Shown: positions 1 through 9,740 of the stretch, in pieces
How positions within the stretch are numbered: position 1 is the first letter of the stretch
Layout: each line of letters opens with the position of its first letter
Source: an uncultured Acidobacteriota bacterium
GTDB taxonomy: Bacteria; Acidobacteriota; Terriglobia; UBA7540
Assembly (NCBI GenBank): GCA_963804755.1
Contig: CAWDRP010000002.1
Location: forward strand, 118,179 to 182,178
Direction: 5' to 3'
Length of the DNA stretch: 64,000 nt
Made by a program: the position numbers and the translations under genes
The notes under the pieces: model-generated
Seen by the model: only the letters and a program-made list of their open reading frames with translations
Databases searched by the model: none
Told to the model about the DNA's origin: nothing

Positions 1-101
1 GCGGGTTGGCCGGCCCTGGAATTAATCTGCACGGGTGAGCCTCCAAGCCATTTTAACCCAGTCCTGTACTCTCGCGCCGCGTTTGGTTGGATTGTCTTCC
101 A

Positions 102-150
102 AGCCCGCGAAAGCGGGCGAAGTCCTTTAGCCCACGGCGCAAGCCGTGGG
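102..150. repeat. Solo REP-like double-hairpin module: GCCCGCGAAAGCGGGC followed by CCCACGGCGCAAGCCGTGGG, just 3' of the GH5 gene stop
   Basis: Two adjacent perfect short palindromes. The same ~50-nt module recurs at 9347-9403, 9532-9591 (inverted), 39816-39866 and 42331-42377 (inverted). Confidence 0.6.
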
Positions 151-215
151 TCAACCAGGCGCTGATGTCGCCGCTACGCGGCTTGCACGAACGGAGTCGC
201 TTAGGTTAGCCCCCC

Positions 216-1562
216 TCAGATTTCCATCCTTCTCTGAAGCACGCTCAGCAGGGGGCGGTCAAGTTGATGGCCGTGCCAGTCCTCGAACTTGGTGCCCGGG
301 CGTTCGGTATCGAGAATTCCGAAAGGTCCCCGGAAATTCCATAACGCCCAACCCGTGTGCAGGCTGTTGAGCACGTCCAGCGTGTCATCAAACCAGGCCA
401 GCACGACTTGCGGCGGAGTGTGCTTATACGCGCCCATCTCCCCGAAATGAATGCGAATGCCCTGCTGCGGCAGGCGGGCCCAGGGCTGGAATATCGCCGC
501 CAGGGCCGCGCGGTCGTAAACGCGCCCCTGCCGGTCCGTGAGTGGCCAGGTGGGCACCGGCGTGTCTTTGCTGACGAAACCGCGCGCCCACTCGCATTGG
601 TAGTGCGTCAACAGGGTGGGAATGTAAGTGTGGCAGTTTTGAATGACGCCGGTGTCAAAGAGCTCAGGTATGGGCGAACCCGCCACCGGATATCCGTCGG
701 TGACGATCAAGCGTTGCGGATCAACCGACCGAATCGCGTCAATGGCGGCGCGTGCCACCCGCACGTATTGGCGTTCGTGCTGCTGCTGGATTTCGCGGTT
801 TAAGGGATCATCGGGCTTGAGGGATTTGAGCTTGGTCTCCTCAGCCGCAGTCAGCCGGTACACGGGCTCGTTCACCAGGTTAAAGCTGAGGCGATCGGCA
901 GGTATGCTCTGGTAGCGTTTCGCAAAGTATGTCCATTGATGGACAAAGGCGTCCAGGGTGCGGGCATTTTCGTAAACGCTGGTCTGCTCCTCGGTGATGT
1001 GGATGCCCGTCAGAGCCTCGTCCATCCCGTCCAGAATGCATTCTCCCGGCGCCCTATGCAGGCCGATGTTGACGTGGATTCCATACTTCTCGCCCAGGCG
1101 GATGGCACGGTCGATGGGCTCAACACGCTTCTGGTCTATGGTCATCAAATCACTGCTGGTCCAGAAGCGGTAATCCATCGGCAGGCGGACAAAGTTGAAA
1201 CCCCAATCGCGTATCCAGCGAAAATCATCTTCCAGGAACATGCCGTCGTTCTTATAAGGGAAGTACCTCATCCAGTCCGGGTCCGTGGAAAAGTACTCGA
1301 GCAGGTTAAAGCCGAACCAGGCGGGATTCTTGACGGGCGACGTAGAGTTGTTCCCCGGTTTCCAGAGCGCATTTGGTGAAGGCGCGCTCGCTCCCCATAC
1401 GGCTGAGGGAAGAAGCGCGGCGGTGGCCGACACTGCCAATGTCTTCAGCATGAGGCGGCGGTCCAAAGTACCCGAGGAACACCCACTGTCACAGCCGTTC
1501 GTATTGCCGGCGACTGAGTGTTTTTGCGGGTCTTGGGATGACCATTGCCGAGTATATGTCAT
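216..1562 (-). CDS. Glycoside hydrolase family 5 (cellulase-like), secreted
   Basis: 448-aa ORF. Has the GH5 NEP catalytic motif (FNLVNEPV). The N-terminus carries RRLMLKTLAVSATAALL (Tat/Sec-like signal), so the true start may lie a few codons inside the ORF. Confidence 0.65.
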   Translation of the reverse strand: MTYTRQWSSQDPQKHSVAGNTNGCDSGCSSGTLDRRLMLKTLAVSATAALLPSAVWGASAPSPNALWKPGNNSTSPVKNPAWFGFNLLEYFSTDPDWMRYFPYKNDGMFLEDDFRWIRDWGFNFVRLPMDYRFWTSSDLMTIDQKRVEPIDRAIRLGEKYGIHVNIGLHRAPGECILDGMDEALTGIHITEEQTSVYENARTLDAFVHQWTYFAKRYQSIPADRLSFNLVNEPVYRLTAAEETKLKSLKPDDPLNREIQQQHERQYVRVARAAIDAIRSVDPQRLIVTDGYPVAGSPIPELFDTGVIQNCHTYIPTLLTHYQCEWARGFVSKDTPVPTWPLTDRQGRVYDRAALAAIFQPWARLPQQGIRIHFGEMGAYKHTPPQVVLAWFDDTLDVLNSLHTGWALWNFRGPFGILDTERPGTKFEDWHGHQLDRPLLSVLQRRMEI

Positions 1563-1689
1563 GAGAACTCCCCCCCTTCTCGGGCCAGCATTCTACACTC
1601 TTTCACATCTTCGGTTGAAAACATTCAAGAATCTGGGATAATCGCCGCGTGCGGTCTAACGGAAATTCACTGCTCAACCGGGAGAGTTT

Positions 1690-4600
1690 ATGCGTCGTCT
1701 ACTGATGGCAAGCCTGTTTGTGTTGTTTGCATCTAGCGTGACGTTCGCGGCGGACCCGGGGCCGTTGCTCCTGCAAAGCCCTACGCTCAGCAAAACGCAG
1801 ATAGCCTTCGCCTTCGGCGGCGACATCTGGATTGTCAACCGTGCCGGTGGTGACGCCCAGCGCCTGGTGACCGGCACCGGCGTGCTGAGTCATCCCATCT
1901 TCTCGCCGGATGGCACCATGATCGCCTACACGGGCAATTATGATGGCAATGATGACGTGTACGTGGTTGCCGCGAGTGGCGGTGAACCGCGCCGCCTGAC
2001 TTATCATCCCGGTTCCGATGTGGCCGTCGGCTGGACGAGCGATGGGCGCAATATTCTGTTCCGCACCACCCGCAGCAGCTACTCGCGTTTTGAGCGGCTC
2101 TACACCGCGCCTGCCACCGGGGGCTTCCCTACCCCGCTGCCCTTGCCCATGGGCGTGGAGGGATCGTACTCCCCCGATGGAACGCACCTCGCCTACGTGC
2201 CGCGCTGGAACCGGCGTCTCGGCGCCATTGATGCCTACGTCGCCATCAAACATTATCGCGGCGGTAATGCTGCTATCATCTGGATCGCCGACTTGGCGGA
2301 TTCCAGCATCACCCGCATCCCGCGCGAGAACTCGAACGATTTCAGCCCGATGTGGATTGGTGATCGCGTTTATTTCCTCTCTGATCGTGAGGGGCCCGTC
2401 ACACTATTCTCCTTTGACACCAAGACCCAGCAGGTGAAATCGCTAATCAAGAACGACGGCTTTGACCTGAAATCCGCCTCGGCCGGGCCGGGCGCCATTG
2501 TCTACGAGCGGTTCGGCTCGATTCACCTCTATGACCTGCATTCCGGCAAAACACACGAGGTGCCGATCAGCGTCGCGGGTGACATGCCGCAGGTGCGCCC
2601 GCATTTTGAGAAGATCACGAACCAACAGATTTTGAGTGCGGGCATTTCTCCCACCGGCGCCCGCGCGGTGTTTGAAGCACATGGCGAAATCCTCACCGCG
2701 CCCGCGGAAAAGGGCGATGTGCGAAATCTCACCAATACCCCGGGCGTAGAGGAGCGCGATCCCTCGTGGTCGCCCGATGGCAAGTCCATCGCCTACTTTT
2801 CCGATGAATCCGGGGAATACGCGCTTCACATCCGCGACCAGAACGGACTGGGAACCGTGAAGAAGATTGACCTGGGCAAGCCGCCATCCTTCTTCTATGC
2901 GCCCACGTGGTCGCCTGACAGCAAGAAAATCGCCTACAGCGATAAACGGCTGAACCTCTGGTACGTGGACGTCGATCATCCTTCGCCGATCAAGGTGGAC
3001 ACGGACCGCTTCGATTCACCTTTGCACGAATTTGACATGCAATGGTCACCCGACAACAAGTGGCTCACCTACACTCTGCAGCTCGAAAATCACATGCGCG
3101 CCGTATTCGTGTATTCGCTGGAAAGCCAAAAGACCACACAGGTTACCGACGGCATGAGCGACGCCCTTTATCCGGCCTTCGACAAAAATGGGAAATACCT
3201 CTACTTCACCGCGAGTACCAACATGGGGCTGAGCACCGGCTGGCTGGACATGACCAGCGAAGAGCACCCTGTGACTCGCAACGTCTACGTGGCGGTGCTG
3301 CGCAAGGATCTGCCTTCGCCGCTGGCGCCCGAAAGCGACGAGGAAAAGCCGGAAGCTGCCCCAAAGGCCGGGGCAGACAAATCCAAAGAGGAAGCTAAGA
3401 AAGCGGAAGCCGTTAAGGTGCAAATTGATTTTGATGGACTCAGCCAGCGCGTGCTCGCGTTGCCCATTCCCGCGCGTAACTATTATGGACTGTTTGCCGG
3501 CAAGGAGGGTGTTCTCTACGTCGTGGAAGGTCCACTGGTGGAAAGGGAGTTCGGCCCGCCTCACCTCACCGTGCAACGGTTTGAGATGAAGACGCGCAAG
3601 ACGGAAAAGCTGCTCGACGGCATCTCCGCATTCGACGTTTCCTTCAACGGTGAAAAGGTCCTCTACCGCGAGGGCGAGCATTGGTTTATTAATCCGGCGG
3701 ATAAAGCGCCGCAGTCCGGCAAAGGCATGTTGAACACTGGAGCGATGGAAGTCTACGTGGTCCCTCACGACGAGTGGAAGCAGATGTTCCATGAGGTGTG
3801 GCGGATCGAGCGTGACTTCTTCTATGATCCCCATTTCCACGGACTCGACTTGGAGAAAGCCGAGCAAGCCTATGCGCCTTTCTTGCCGGGAATCACCAGC
3901 CGCGCCGACTTCAATTACTTGCTGGGAGACATGCTGGGCAACATCAACGTGCTCCATATGTATGTGGGCGGCGGCAAGCATCCCGAGATTCAAGCCGTTC
4001 ACGTGGGTCTGCTCGGCGCTGACTACACCCTGGACAGCGGCCGCTACCGTTTTGCGCGGATCTTTAATGGCGAGAACTGGAATCCGCAACTCCACGCCCC
4101 GCTCACCCAACCCGGCGTCAACATGAAAGAGGGTGAATACCTGCTGGCCATCAATGGGCGCGACCTGACCGCGAACGACGAGATATACAGCTTTTTCCAG
4201 GAAACGGCGGGTAAGCAGATCGTGCTCAAGGTTGGCCCGCATCCGGACGGTTCGGGCTCGCGCGATGTAACCGTGATGCCTGTGGACGATGAGACCGCGT
4301 TGCGGGGACTCGCCTGGATCGAGGGGAATCGCCGCAAGGTGGACGAACTCAGCGGCGGGAAGCTGGCCTATGTCTATCTGCCCAACACCGCCGGCGGCGG
4401 TTACACCAACTTCAACCGCTACTACTTCGCCCAAGTCGGAAAGCAGGGTGCGGTGCTGGATGAGCGCTTTAATGGCGGCGGCCAGTTGGCGGACTATATC
4501 ATCGATTACCTGCACCGCCCCGTGATGAGCCTGGTGATGACCCGCGAAGGCGAGAGTTATTCCGAACCCGAGGAAGCCATCTTCGGCCCGAAGGCCATGA

Positions 4601-4983
4601 TCATCAATGAATTTGCGGGTTCCGGCGGCGACGCCATGCCCTGGTACTTCCGCAAGGCGGGCGTTGGGCCCCTCGTGGGCATGCGCACGTGGGGAGGCCT
4701 GGTAGGAATCGGCGGCTACCCCCAGCTTATGGACGGCGGCTCGGTGACCGCGCCGCGTTGGGCCATTTACGGCTTAAAAGGCCAGTGGGAGGTCGAGAAT
4801 CAAGGCATCTCGCCCGACGTTGAAGTTGAGCTGGACCCCAAACTGGTGCGCGAGGGCCATGATCCGCAACTCGAGCGCGCGGTGCAAGTGGTCATGGAGG
4901 CGCTGAAGAACCATCCCCTGCCCACGCACGCGAAACCGGCTTACCCGAACTATCACGACGTGCTGCCGGCGCCGGTGCGATAA
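1690..4983 (+). CDS. Tricorn-protease-like peptidase: TolB/PD40 beta-propeller repeats plus C-terminal S41 peptidase domain, secreted
   Basis: 1097-aa ORF with an N-terminal signal peptide (MRRLLMASLFVLFASSVTFA). Repeated IFSPDGT/WSPDGK PD40 motifs. C-terminal region is typical of the S41 tail-specific protease family. Confidence 0.8.
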   Translation: MRRLLMASLFVLFASSVTFAADPGPLLLQSPTLSKTQIAFAFGGDIWIVNRAGGDAQRLVTGTGVLSHPIFSPDGTMIAYTGNYDGNDDVYVVAASGGEPRRLTYHPGSDVAVGWTSDGRNILFRTTRSSYSRFERLYTAPATGGFPTPLPLPMGVEGSYSPDGTHLAYVPRWNRRLGAIDAYVAIKHYRGGNAAIIWIADLADSSITRIPRENSNDFSPMWIGDRVYFLSDREGPVTLFSFDTKTQQVKSLIKNDGFDLKSASAGPGAIVYERFGSIHLYDLHSGKTHEVPISVAGDMPQVRPHFEKITNQQILSAGISPTGARAVFEAHGEILTAPAEKGDVRNLTNTPGVEERDPSWSPDGKSIAYFSDESGEYALHIRDQNGLGTVKKIDLGKPPSFFYAPTWSPDSKKIAYSDKRLNLWYVDVDHPSPIKVDTDRFDSPLHEFDMQWSPDNKWLTYTLQLENHMRAVFVYSLESQKTTQVTDGMSDALYPAFDKNGKYLYFTASTNMGLSTGWLDMTSEEHPVTRNVYVAVLRKDLPSPLAPESDEEKPEAAPKAGADKSKEEAKKAEAVKVQIDFDGLSQRVLALPIPARNYYGLFAGKEGVLYVVEGPLVEREFGPPHLTVQRFEMKTRKTEKLLDGISAFDVSFNGEKVLYREGEHWFINPADKAPQSGKGMLNTGAMEVYVVPHDEWKQMFHEVWRIERDFFYDPHFHGLDLEKAEQAYAPFLPGITSRADFNYLLGDMLGNINVLHMYVGGGKHPEIQAVHVGLLGADYTLDSGRYRFARIFNGENWNPQLHAPLTQPGVNMKEGEYLLAINGRDLTANDEIYSFFQETAGKQIVLKVGPHPDGSGSRDVTVMPVDDETALRGLAWIEGNRRKVDELSGGKLAYVYLPNTAGGGYTNFNRYYFAQVGKQGAVLDERFNGGGQLADYIIDYLHRPVMSLVMTREGESYSEPEEAIFGPKAMIINEFAGSGGDAMPWYFRKAGVGPLVGMRTWGGLVGIGGYPQLMDGGSVTAPRWAIYGLKGQWEVENQGISPDVEVELDPKLVREGHDPQLERAVQVVMEALKNHPLPTHAKPAYPNYHDVLPAPVR

Positions 4984-5033
4984 GACAGGTGACAGGGGAA
5001 TCAGTATCGATGTTGACCGTAGGGGAGGCCGCT

Positions 5034-6260
5034 ATGAAACGTCGTTCCTTTTTGCAACTAGCAAGCGTGGGGGGAGCCGCGGGACTCGCGAATCTGCCCT
5101 CGGCGACAAAGGCCGCAACGCCGCCGCCCATGAAGATCACCCGCATCCGCTTCTACCTGAACCCGGCCTCCGGGCCGACGTTCAACCAGAGCTTCCACAT
5201 TGTCACCATCGAGACCGACCAGGGGATTACCGGCATCGGCGAAGGCGGCAGCAAAGACATGGTGGGGCAGTGCGCCGCCATGCTGATTGGCGAGAACCTT
5301 TCGCGCATCGACCATCTGTGGCAGATGATGTTCTGCGGCTACTTCTACCCGGCAGGCCGCGAGAAACTGGACGCATTGGGGGCGCTGGACCTGGCGTTGT
5401 GGGACATCAAGGGCAAGGCGCTGGGCGTGCCCGTGTACGACTTGCTCGGCGGGCTTTCGCGCGACCACGTTGAGTGCTATTCCACCGGATTCCCTTCCCA
5501 TGGCAGCTTGAAGGAAACGGCGCGCGCCTGCATCGAAGCGGGTTTCCGAGCCTTTCGCTACGCCACCGCGGACCCACCGCCGGGCCAGGCATTCAACTCG
5601 CATCAGGCGGTGGATAAGACCTACCAGGATTGTGTGGAGATTCGCGAGGGCGTGGGCAAAGACGGCGATTGGGCCCTCGATTATCACACGCGCCTTGATT
5701 TCCCGGATGCAGTACGGCTCAGCACGCTGATTGAGCCGCTGGCGCCTTATTTCGCGGAAGATCTGGTGCGCTCTGAAAACCCCGCCGTCTATCGTGAACT
5801 GCGCCAGCACGTCAAGGTTCCCATCGCTGTGGGTGAGCAGTTCGGCAGCAAATGGGACGTGAACGATCTCATCGAGCAGCAACTCATCGACTACGCGCGC
5901 GTCACCCTTCCCAACGTGGGCGGCATCACCGAGTACATGAAAATCCAGGCGCTCTGTGAGACCCACTATGTGGGATTGATCCCGCACTTCACCGGGCCGA
6001 TTTCGGAAGCCGCGCTGGTGCACGCGTGCTCGGTGTTTTCCGGGCCGGTCCTGATGGAAATGACCGGCGGCGGCCGCCATGACTACCCGCACCTGCCCGA
6101 ATGCTACGACTTCCACAACGGCAAGTTGTGGCCAAACCGCCGACCGGGATTGGGGGTAACACTTGACACCAAGCCGCTGCAACTGGCGGCCGAGATTACC
6201 GAACCCAAACGGCCCATCCCCATGTTTCATCGGCCGGATGGCTCGATTACCAATTGGTGA
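5034..6260 (+). CDS. Enolase-superfamily enzyme (mandelate racemase / muconate lactonizing enzyme-like dehydratase) with twin-arginine signal
   Basis: KITRIRFY...IVTIETDQGITGIGEG N-terminal capping domain and a TIM-barrel region. MKRRSFLQLASVGGAAGLA is a Tat motif. The ORF-track start at 4989 is a likely upstream extension. Confidence 0.7.
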   Translation: MKRRSFLQLASVGGAAGLANLPSATKAATPPPMKITRIRFYLNPASGPTFNQSFHIVTIETDQGITGIGEGGSKDMVGQCAAMLIGENLSRIDHLWQMMFCGYFYPAGREKLDALGALDLALWDIKGKALGVPVYDLLGGLSRDHVECYSTGFPSHGSLKETARACIEAGFRAFRYATADPPPGQAFNSHQAVDKTYQDCVEIREGVGKDGDWALDYHTRLDFPDAVRLSTLIEPLAPYFAEDLVRSENPAVYRELRQHVKVPIAVGEQFGSKWDVNDLIEQQLIDYARVTLPNVGGITEYMKIQALCETHYVGLIPHFTGPISEAALVHACSVFSGPVLMEMTGGGRHDYPHLPECYDFHNGKLWPNRRPGLGVTLDTKPLQLAAEITEPKRPIPMFHRPDGSITNW

Positions 6261-6356
6261 GCGAAGGTTTTAACATCGTTCGAGGAGTTCCAGAAAAGCA
6301 TCGCGGTCAATCCCAGCAGTTCGTATGAGGCCGGAAATGATGCCAGTTCAGGGGAG

Positions 6357-6668
6357 TTAAGCGCGGCACGGTAGGTTCTTCTCGAATCCGAATGGTATTG
6401 GGATGGAAATGGGAAAGGCATTTCGGATATTTCGCGGTTTAGCCTTGAAAGGCACAAATCCCAGTTCTTTCATGGCTTGGTCCAGAGTTCCACGTTCCAG
6501 ACAACTGGCGATGAACAACTCCGACGCCTCGACTAGATTAGCTTTGGCTTCTGCAAGGGTCCGGCCTTGCGTGGTAACGTCAAGCGGAGGGCAATGCGCA
6601 ATAAACCAGTCGCCCTCACGCTTGGCAACGCCGTAAAGTACGAAATTTGCTTGTACCACAACCCTCAT
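6357..6668 (-). CDS. HicB-like (UPF0150 fold) antitoxin-domain protein, orphan
   Basis: The N-terminal 65 aa (DWFIAHCPPLDVTTQGRTLAEAKANLVEASELFIASCLERG) fit the HicB/UPF0150 pattern. No HicA partner is adjacent. Confidence 0.3.
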   Translation of the reverse strand: MRVVVQANFVLYGVAKREGDWFIAHCPPLDVTTQGRTLAEAKANLVEASELFIASCLERGTLDQAMKELGFVPFKAKPRNIRNAFPISIPIPFGFEKNLPCRA

Positions 6669-6852
6669 CGGCTATTCCTCCCGGCTGCGGAACTCGCCTA
6701 TTGAGATGCGAGAGGTTGCCTTCTCAGTGACGCGGATTACTTCCTCTGCCGCTGAATGAGCACTATCCGAATACTATCACAAAGCGGAACGTCGGAGTTC
6801 AGCGCGGTCATTTCGTTTTACGGGCTCTTTTACCGGCGGACGTGGGCCCCGG

Positions 6853-9261
6853 TTACGGCGCCGCGAACGGGTCGGGCGGCGGCTTCAGCCGATATTCCTT
6901 CGGCGGCTCGGCGCCCAGTAGATAGCGCACGAAGTAGTCCCACCGTCTTCGCACCATGTACGGCTCATTGCCGAACCCATGCCGGCGGTTGGGCAGCAGG
7001 AGCAGATCGAAATCCTTATTCGCCTTAATCAACTCGTTCACCACCAGCAGCGTGTTATATGGCGGCACGTTGTCGTCGAGCGTGCCGTGGGCCAGCAGCA
7101 GGTGGCCCTTCAGGTTTTTGGCGATATTCTCGTTGGCTTGGTCGTCGTAGTTCGTAGCGCCGTCCGGTGAGCGCGTCAGCAGTCCCTGGTAGCGCTCGCC
7201 CCAATCGTCTTCGTACTCGCGATTGTCATGGTTACCGGCCTCCGAAATTCCCACCTTGAAGAAATCCGGGTAACGAAACATCGCGTCCGCCGCGGCGTAA
7301 CCTCCGCCAGAATGGCCATAAATGCCGGCGCGTGCGAGGTCGATCCACGGATAGCGCTGGGCCAGTTGAGTCATTCCGGCCACCTGGTCAGGCAGTGTGT
7401 TGTCACCCATGTTCCCGTAATAGGCGTCGTGGAATTTCTTCGAGCGCAGCGGATTACCCATGCCTTCGATCTCGACCACCACGAAACCGAGTTCAGCCAG
7501 AGCCTGTGCGTCACTGCGCGCGGACGCGAACGACCAGTTACCGACACTCCCTTCCTGCGGCCCGGGATAAATTTGGTTGATGATGGGATACTTCTTCTGC
7601 GGGTTAAGTCGAGTGGGTGCGAACATCAGGCCGTAGAGGTCGGTCGATCCGTCGCGCGCCTTAACCATGATCGGCTGGGGCGGTTTCCACCCGGTCGCCA
7701 GCAATTGGGAAATGTCGGCCTTTTCGATGGTCGTCAGGAGCTTGCCGTCGGACTGTCGTAGCACGGTGACGGGCGGAACGTCGGGCCGGGAGTAGCTGTC
7801 CACGAAAAAGCGCGCCGAGCGCGAGAAGCTGACCTCATGGTCGGCATCTTCCGGCGTCAACAGCGCGAGTCCCTGCCCATCGAGTCCCGCGCGATACAGA
7901 TGAGTGAAGTAGGGATTGCACCCGGGTTCCCGCCCGTCGGCCAGAAAATAGACCGTGCGCGCCTGCTCATCCACGCGCAATAACCGGGTGACCACCCAGT
8001 TGCCGGCGGTGATGCGGTCCTTCAGCGTTCCCGAACTCAGGTCATAAAGGTAGAGGTGGCCCCAATTGTCGCGCTCGGAGTACCAGATGTACTCGTTCGA
8101 GCCGAACAGGATGCGCCAGTTCACGCCGCCCTGTCCAGATTCGTACTGCGTCGCGACGCGCTCTTCCATGACGTCCCGAACGCGGCCGTTCGCGGCGTCG
8201 GCAATCCGCAGTGTCTCCTGTTTGTGGTCGCGCGAGGTGGAGAGGAAAGCCAGCCGTGTTGAATCCGGACTCCACTGAACGTCCGTCCAATTACCCGCCT
8301 CCTCAAATGGACCATCCGGGCAGGCGACGTCGTCGCACAGTGAGGACCGGTGAGGATCGGGCGCCATCCGCAGGCGAATCACCTTCGGCGTTTCCACCTC
8401 GATGATGACGCGCTGAATGGTGGCTATTACGTCATCGCCCGGCAGCGGGTACTTCCACGCTTGCAGCGCCGGATGGCCCACCTTGGTCTCAACCAGGTAC
8501 ATCTCGCCCACCTTCCGTTGGTCCTGCTGAAAAGTGGCGATCTTCTTCGAGTCCGGCGACCACATCAGGATCGGCCGGTCACTTTTCTCCCATCCCGCGT
8601 TGTCCAAGGCGTACGAGAAGTCCTTGATGCCGTCGGTGGTGAGCTGGGTCTCTTTGCCGCTGGCCACATCGCGCACCCACAGGTTGTACTCGCGTATAAA
8701 AGCCACTTTCTTCTTGTCCGGCGAAGACACCTCGTTGCCCACGCCGCCCCGCCGCCCTTCCCTGCCGGCTGCTCCTTTCGCGCTGCCCTCCTCAGTACAG
8801 ACCCGGCCCTGGCGGTCGCACTGGAACCGGCGGGAGCCGACGTGAAGCGAAACAGATTGGCCATCGGCCGAGAATTCGATTTCGCGGAACGGAAGCTTGT
8901 TCGGCTCGTAAGTCTTGCCTGCCGCCCGCGAAAGAGCCGCTGACAGCCTGGCGTGATCGAAAGCCGGCTCCTTGGCGAGCTTTATGGGGTCAAAGACTAC
9001 GAAGTGCACGCCATCGGCACTGACATCGCGGTACCACAAACGCTCGTCGCTGGTCCACGCGGGCCGCACCGCGTGATACACCAGCGGCTCCGTGTTGTAC
9101 CCCATGAATCTCTCGGCGCGCGCGTAATCGGCAGCGGTTACGACACCAGGCGCCACCGCGTCCTGCGCGCTGACAGACAATCCGATCGGAAAGACGAGCA
9201 ACATCAGCAGTAGTACCAGACAGTGACAATTGCTTTTGAACGGTTGCAAGCGCATAAGCAT
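6853..9261 (-). CDS. S9 family peptidase (DPP IV-type N-terminal beta-propeller plus prolyl-oligopeptidase alpha/beta hydrolase), secreted
   Basis: 802-aa ORF with a signal peptide. GHSGGGY nucleophile elbow (GxSxG) and DPP-IV-like propeller repeats. Confidence 0.8.
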   Translation of the reverse strand: MLMRLQPFKSNCHCLVLLLMLLVFPIGLSVSAQDAVAPGVVTAADYARAERFMGYNTEPLVYHAVRPAWTSDERLWYRDVSADGVHFVVFDPIKLAKEPAFDHARLSAALSRAAGKTYEPNKLPFREIEFSADGQSVSLHVGSRRFQCDRQGRVCTEEGSAKGAAGREGRRGGVGNEVSSPDKKKVAFIREYNLWVRDVASGKETQLTTDGIKDFSYALDNAGWEKSDRPILMWSPDSKKIATFQQDQRKVGEMYLVETKVGHPALQAWKYPLPGDDVIATIQRVIIEVETPKVIRLRMAPDPHRSSLCDDVACPDGPFEEAGNWTDVQWSPDSTRLAFLSTSRDHKQETLRIADAANGRVRDVMEERVATQYESGQGGVNWRILFGSNEYIWYSERDNWGHLYLYDLSSGTLKDRITAGNWVVTRLLRVDEQARTVYFLADGREPGCNPYFTHLYRAGLDGQGLALLTPEDADHEVSFSRSARFFVDSYSRPDVPPVTVLRQSDGKLLTTIEKADISQLLATGWKPPQPIMVKARDGSTDLYGLMFAPTRLNPQKKYPIINQIYPGPQEGSVGNWSFASARSDAQALAELGFVVVEIEGMGNPLRSKKFHDAYYGNMGDNTLPDQVAGMTQLAQRYPWIDLARAGIYGHSGGGYAAADAMFRYPDFFKVGISEAGNHDNREYEDDWGERYQGLLTRSPDGATNYDDQANENIAKNLKGHLLLAHGTLDDNVPPYNTLLVVNELIKANKDFDLLLLPNRRHGFGNEPYMVRRRWDYFVRYLLGAEPPKEYRLKPPPDPFAAP

Positions 9262-9346
9262 TCTTGGGTAATTCTCCTATCTCGGACGACGCACGATTAT
9301 CCATATGGGCGGCCCCGGAGTCAAAGCCGACACAAGGCTATAAAGC

Positions 9347-9591
9347 CACGTCTGAAAAGCCCGCGCAGTGGGCGCCGTCCTTTAGCCCACGGCGCAGCCG
9401 TGGGATAAAGGTAGCGATGAGAATCTGAGCCCCGGTAGGGGCGACGTCTGGGCGCCGGCAGGGCGGAGATTGAACCACGCGCGAGACCTGACGCCGCCCC
9501 TACCGGGGCTGACGAATCGGTGGGCGCGACCGGTGTCCCACGGCTGCGCCGTGGGCTAAAGGACGGCGCCCGCTGCGCGGGCTAAAATCGA
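9347..9591. repeat. REPIN/MITE-like composite element: two inverted REP-like double-hairpin modules (~36-bp terminal inverted repeats) flanking a 130-nt core with its own 15-bp perfect palindrome
   Basis: Left end AGCCCGCGCAGTGGGCGCCGTCCTTTAGCCCACGGC. The right end is its reverse complement. The core has GCCCCGGTAGGGGCG ... CGCCCCTACCGGGGC. A second composite copy lies at 39816-40010. Confidence 0.6.
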
Positions 9592-9740
9592 TGTCGTGTG
9601 AAGCTGTGGTGTGGGCAAGACGAAGTTTGTGAGACAAAGAGCAATGAGTGCTGATAACCATGGAGGAACGGAGACGCAGGGGGCCGCGGGTCCAACCGGC
9701 ATTCTCTGCGTCTCAGAGTCTGAAGGATCAAAGCAGGTGA

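Noticed and set aside
3046-4515. Long antisense ORFs inside real genes, such as 3046-4515(-), 5058-6230(-), 15846-17075(-), 17146-18591(-), 20114-21802(+), 26682-28070(-), 31538-32797(+), 34640-35614(+), 37856-39091(+), 56592-57803(+) and 59361-60653(+)
   Set aside because: High-GC shadow ORFs. Their translations are Arg/Ala/Pro/Gly-rich low-complexity, and they overlap well-supported genes on the opposite strand.
6227-6457. 76-aa ORF as a possible HicA partner of the HicB-like protein
   Set aside because: No HicA signature. It overlaps the HicB-like gene by 100 nt and has noncoding-like composition.
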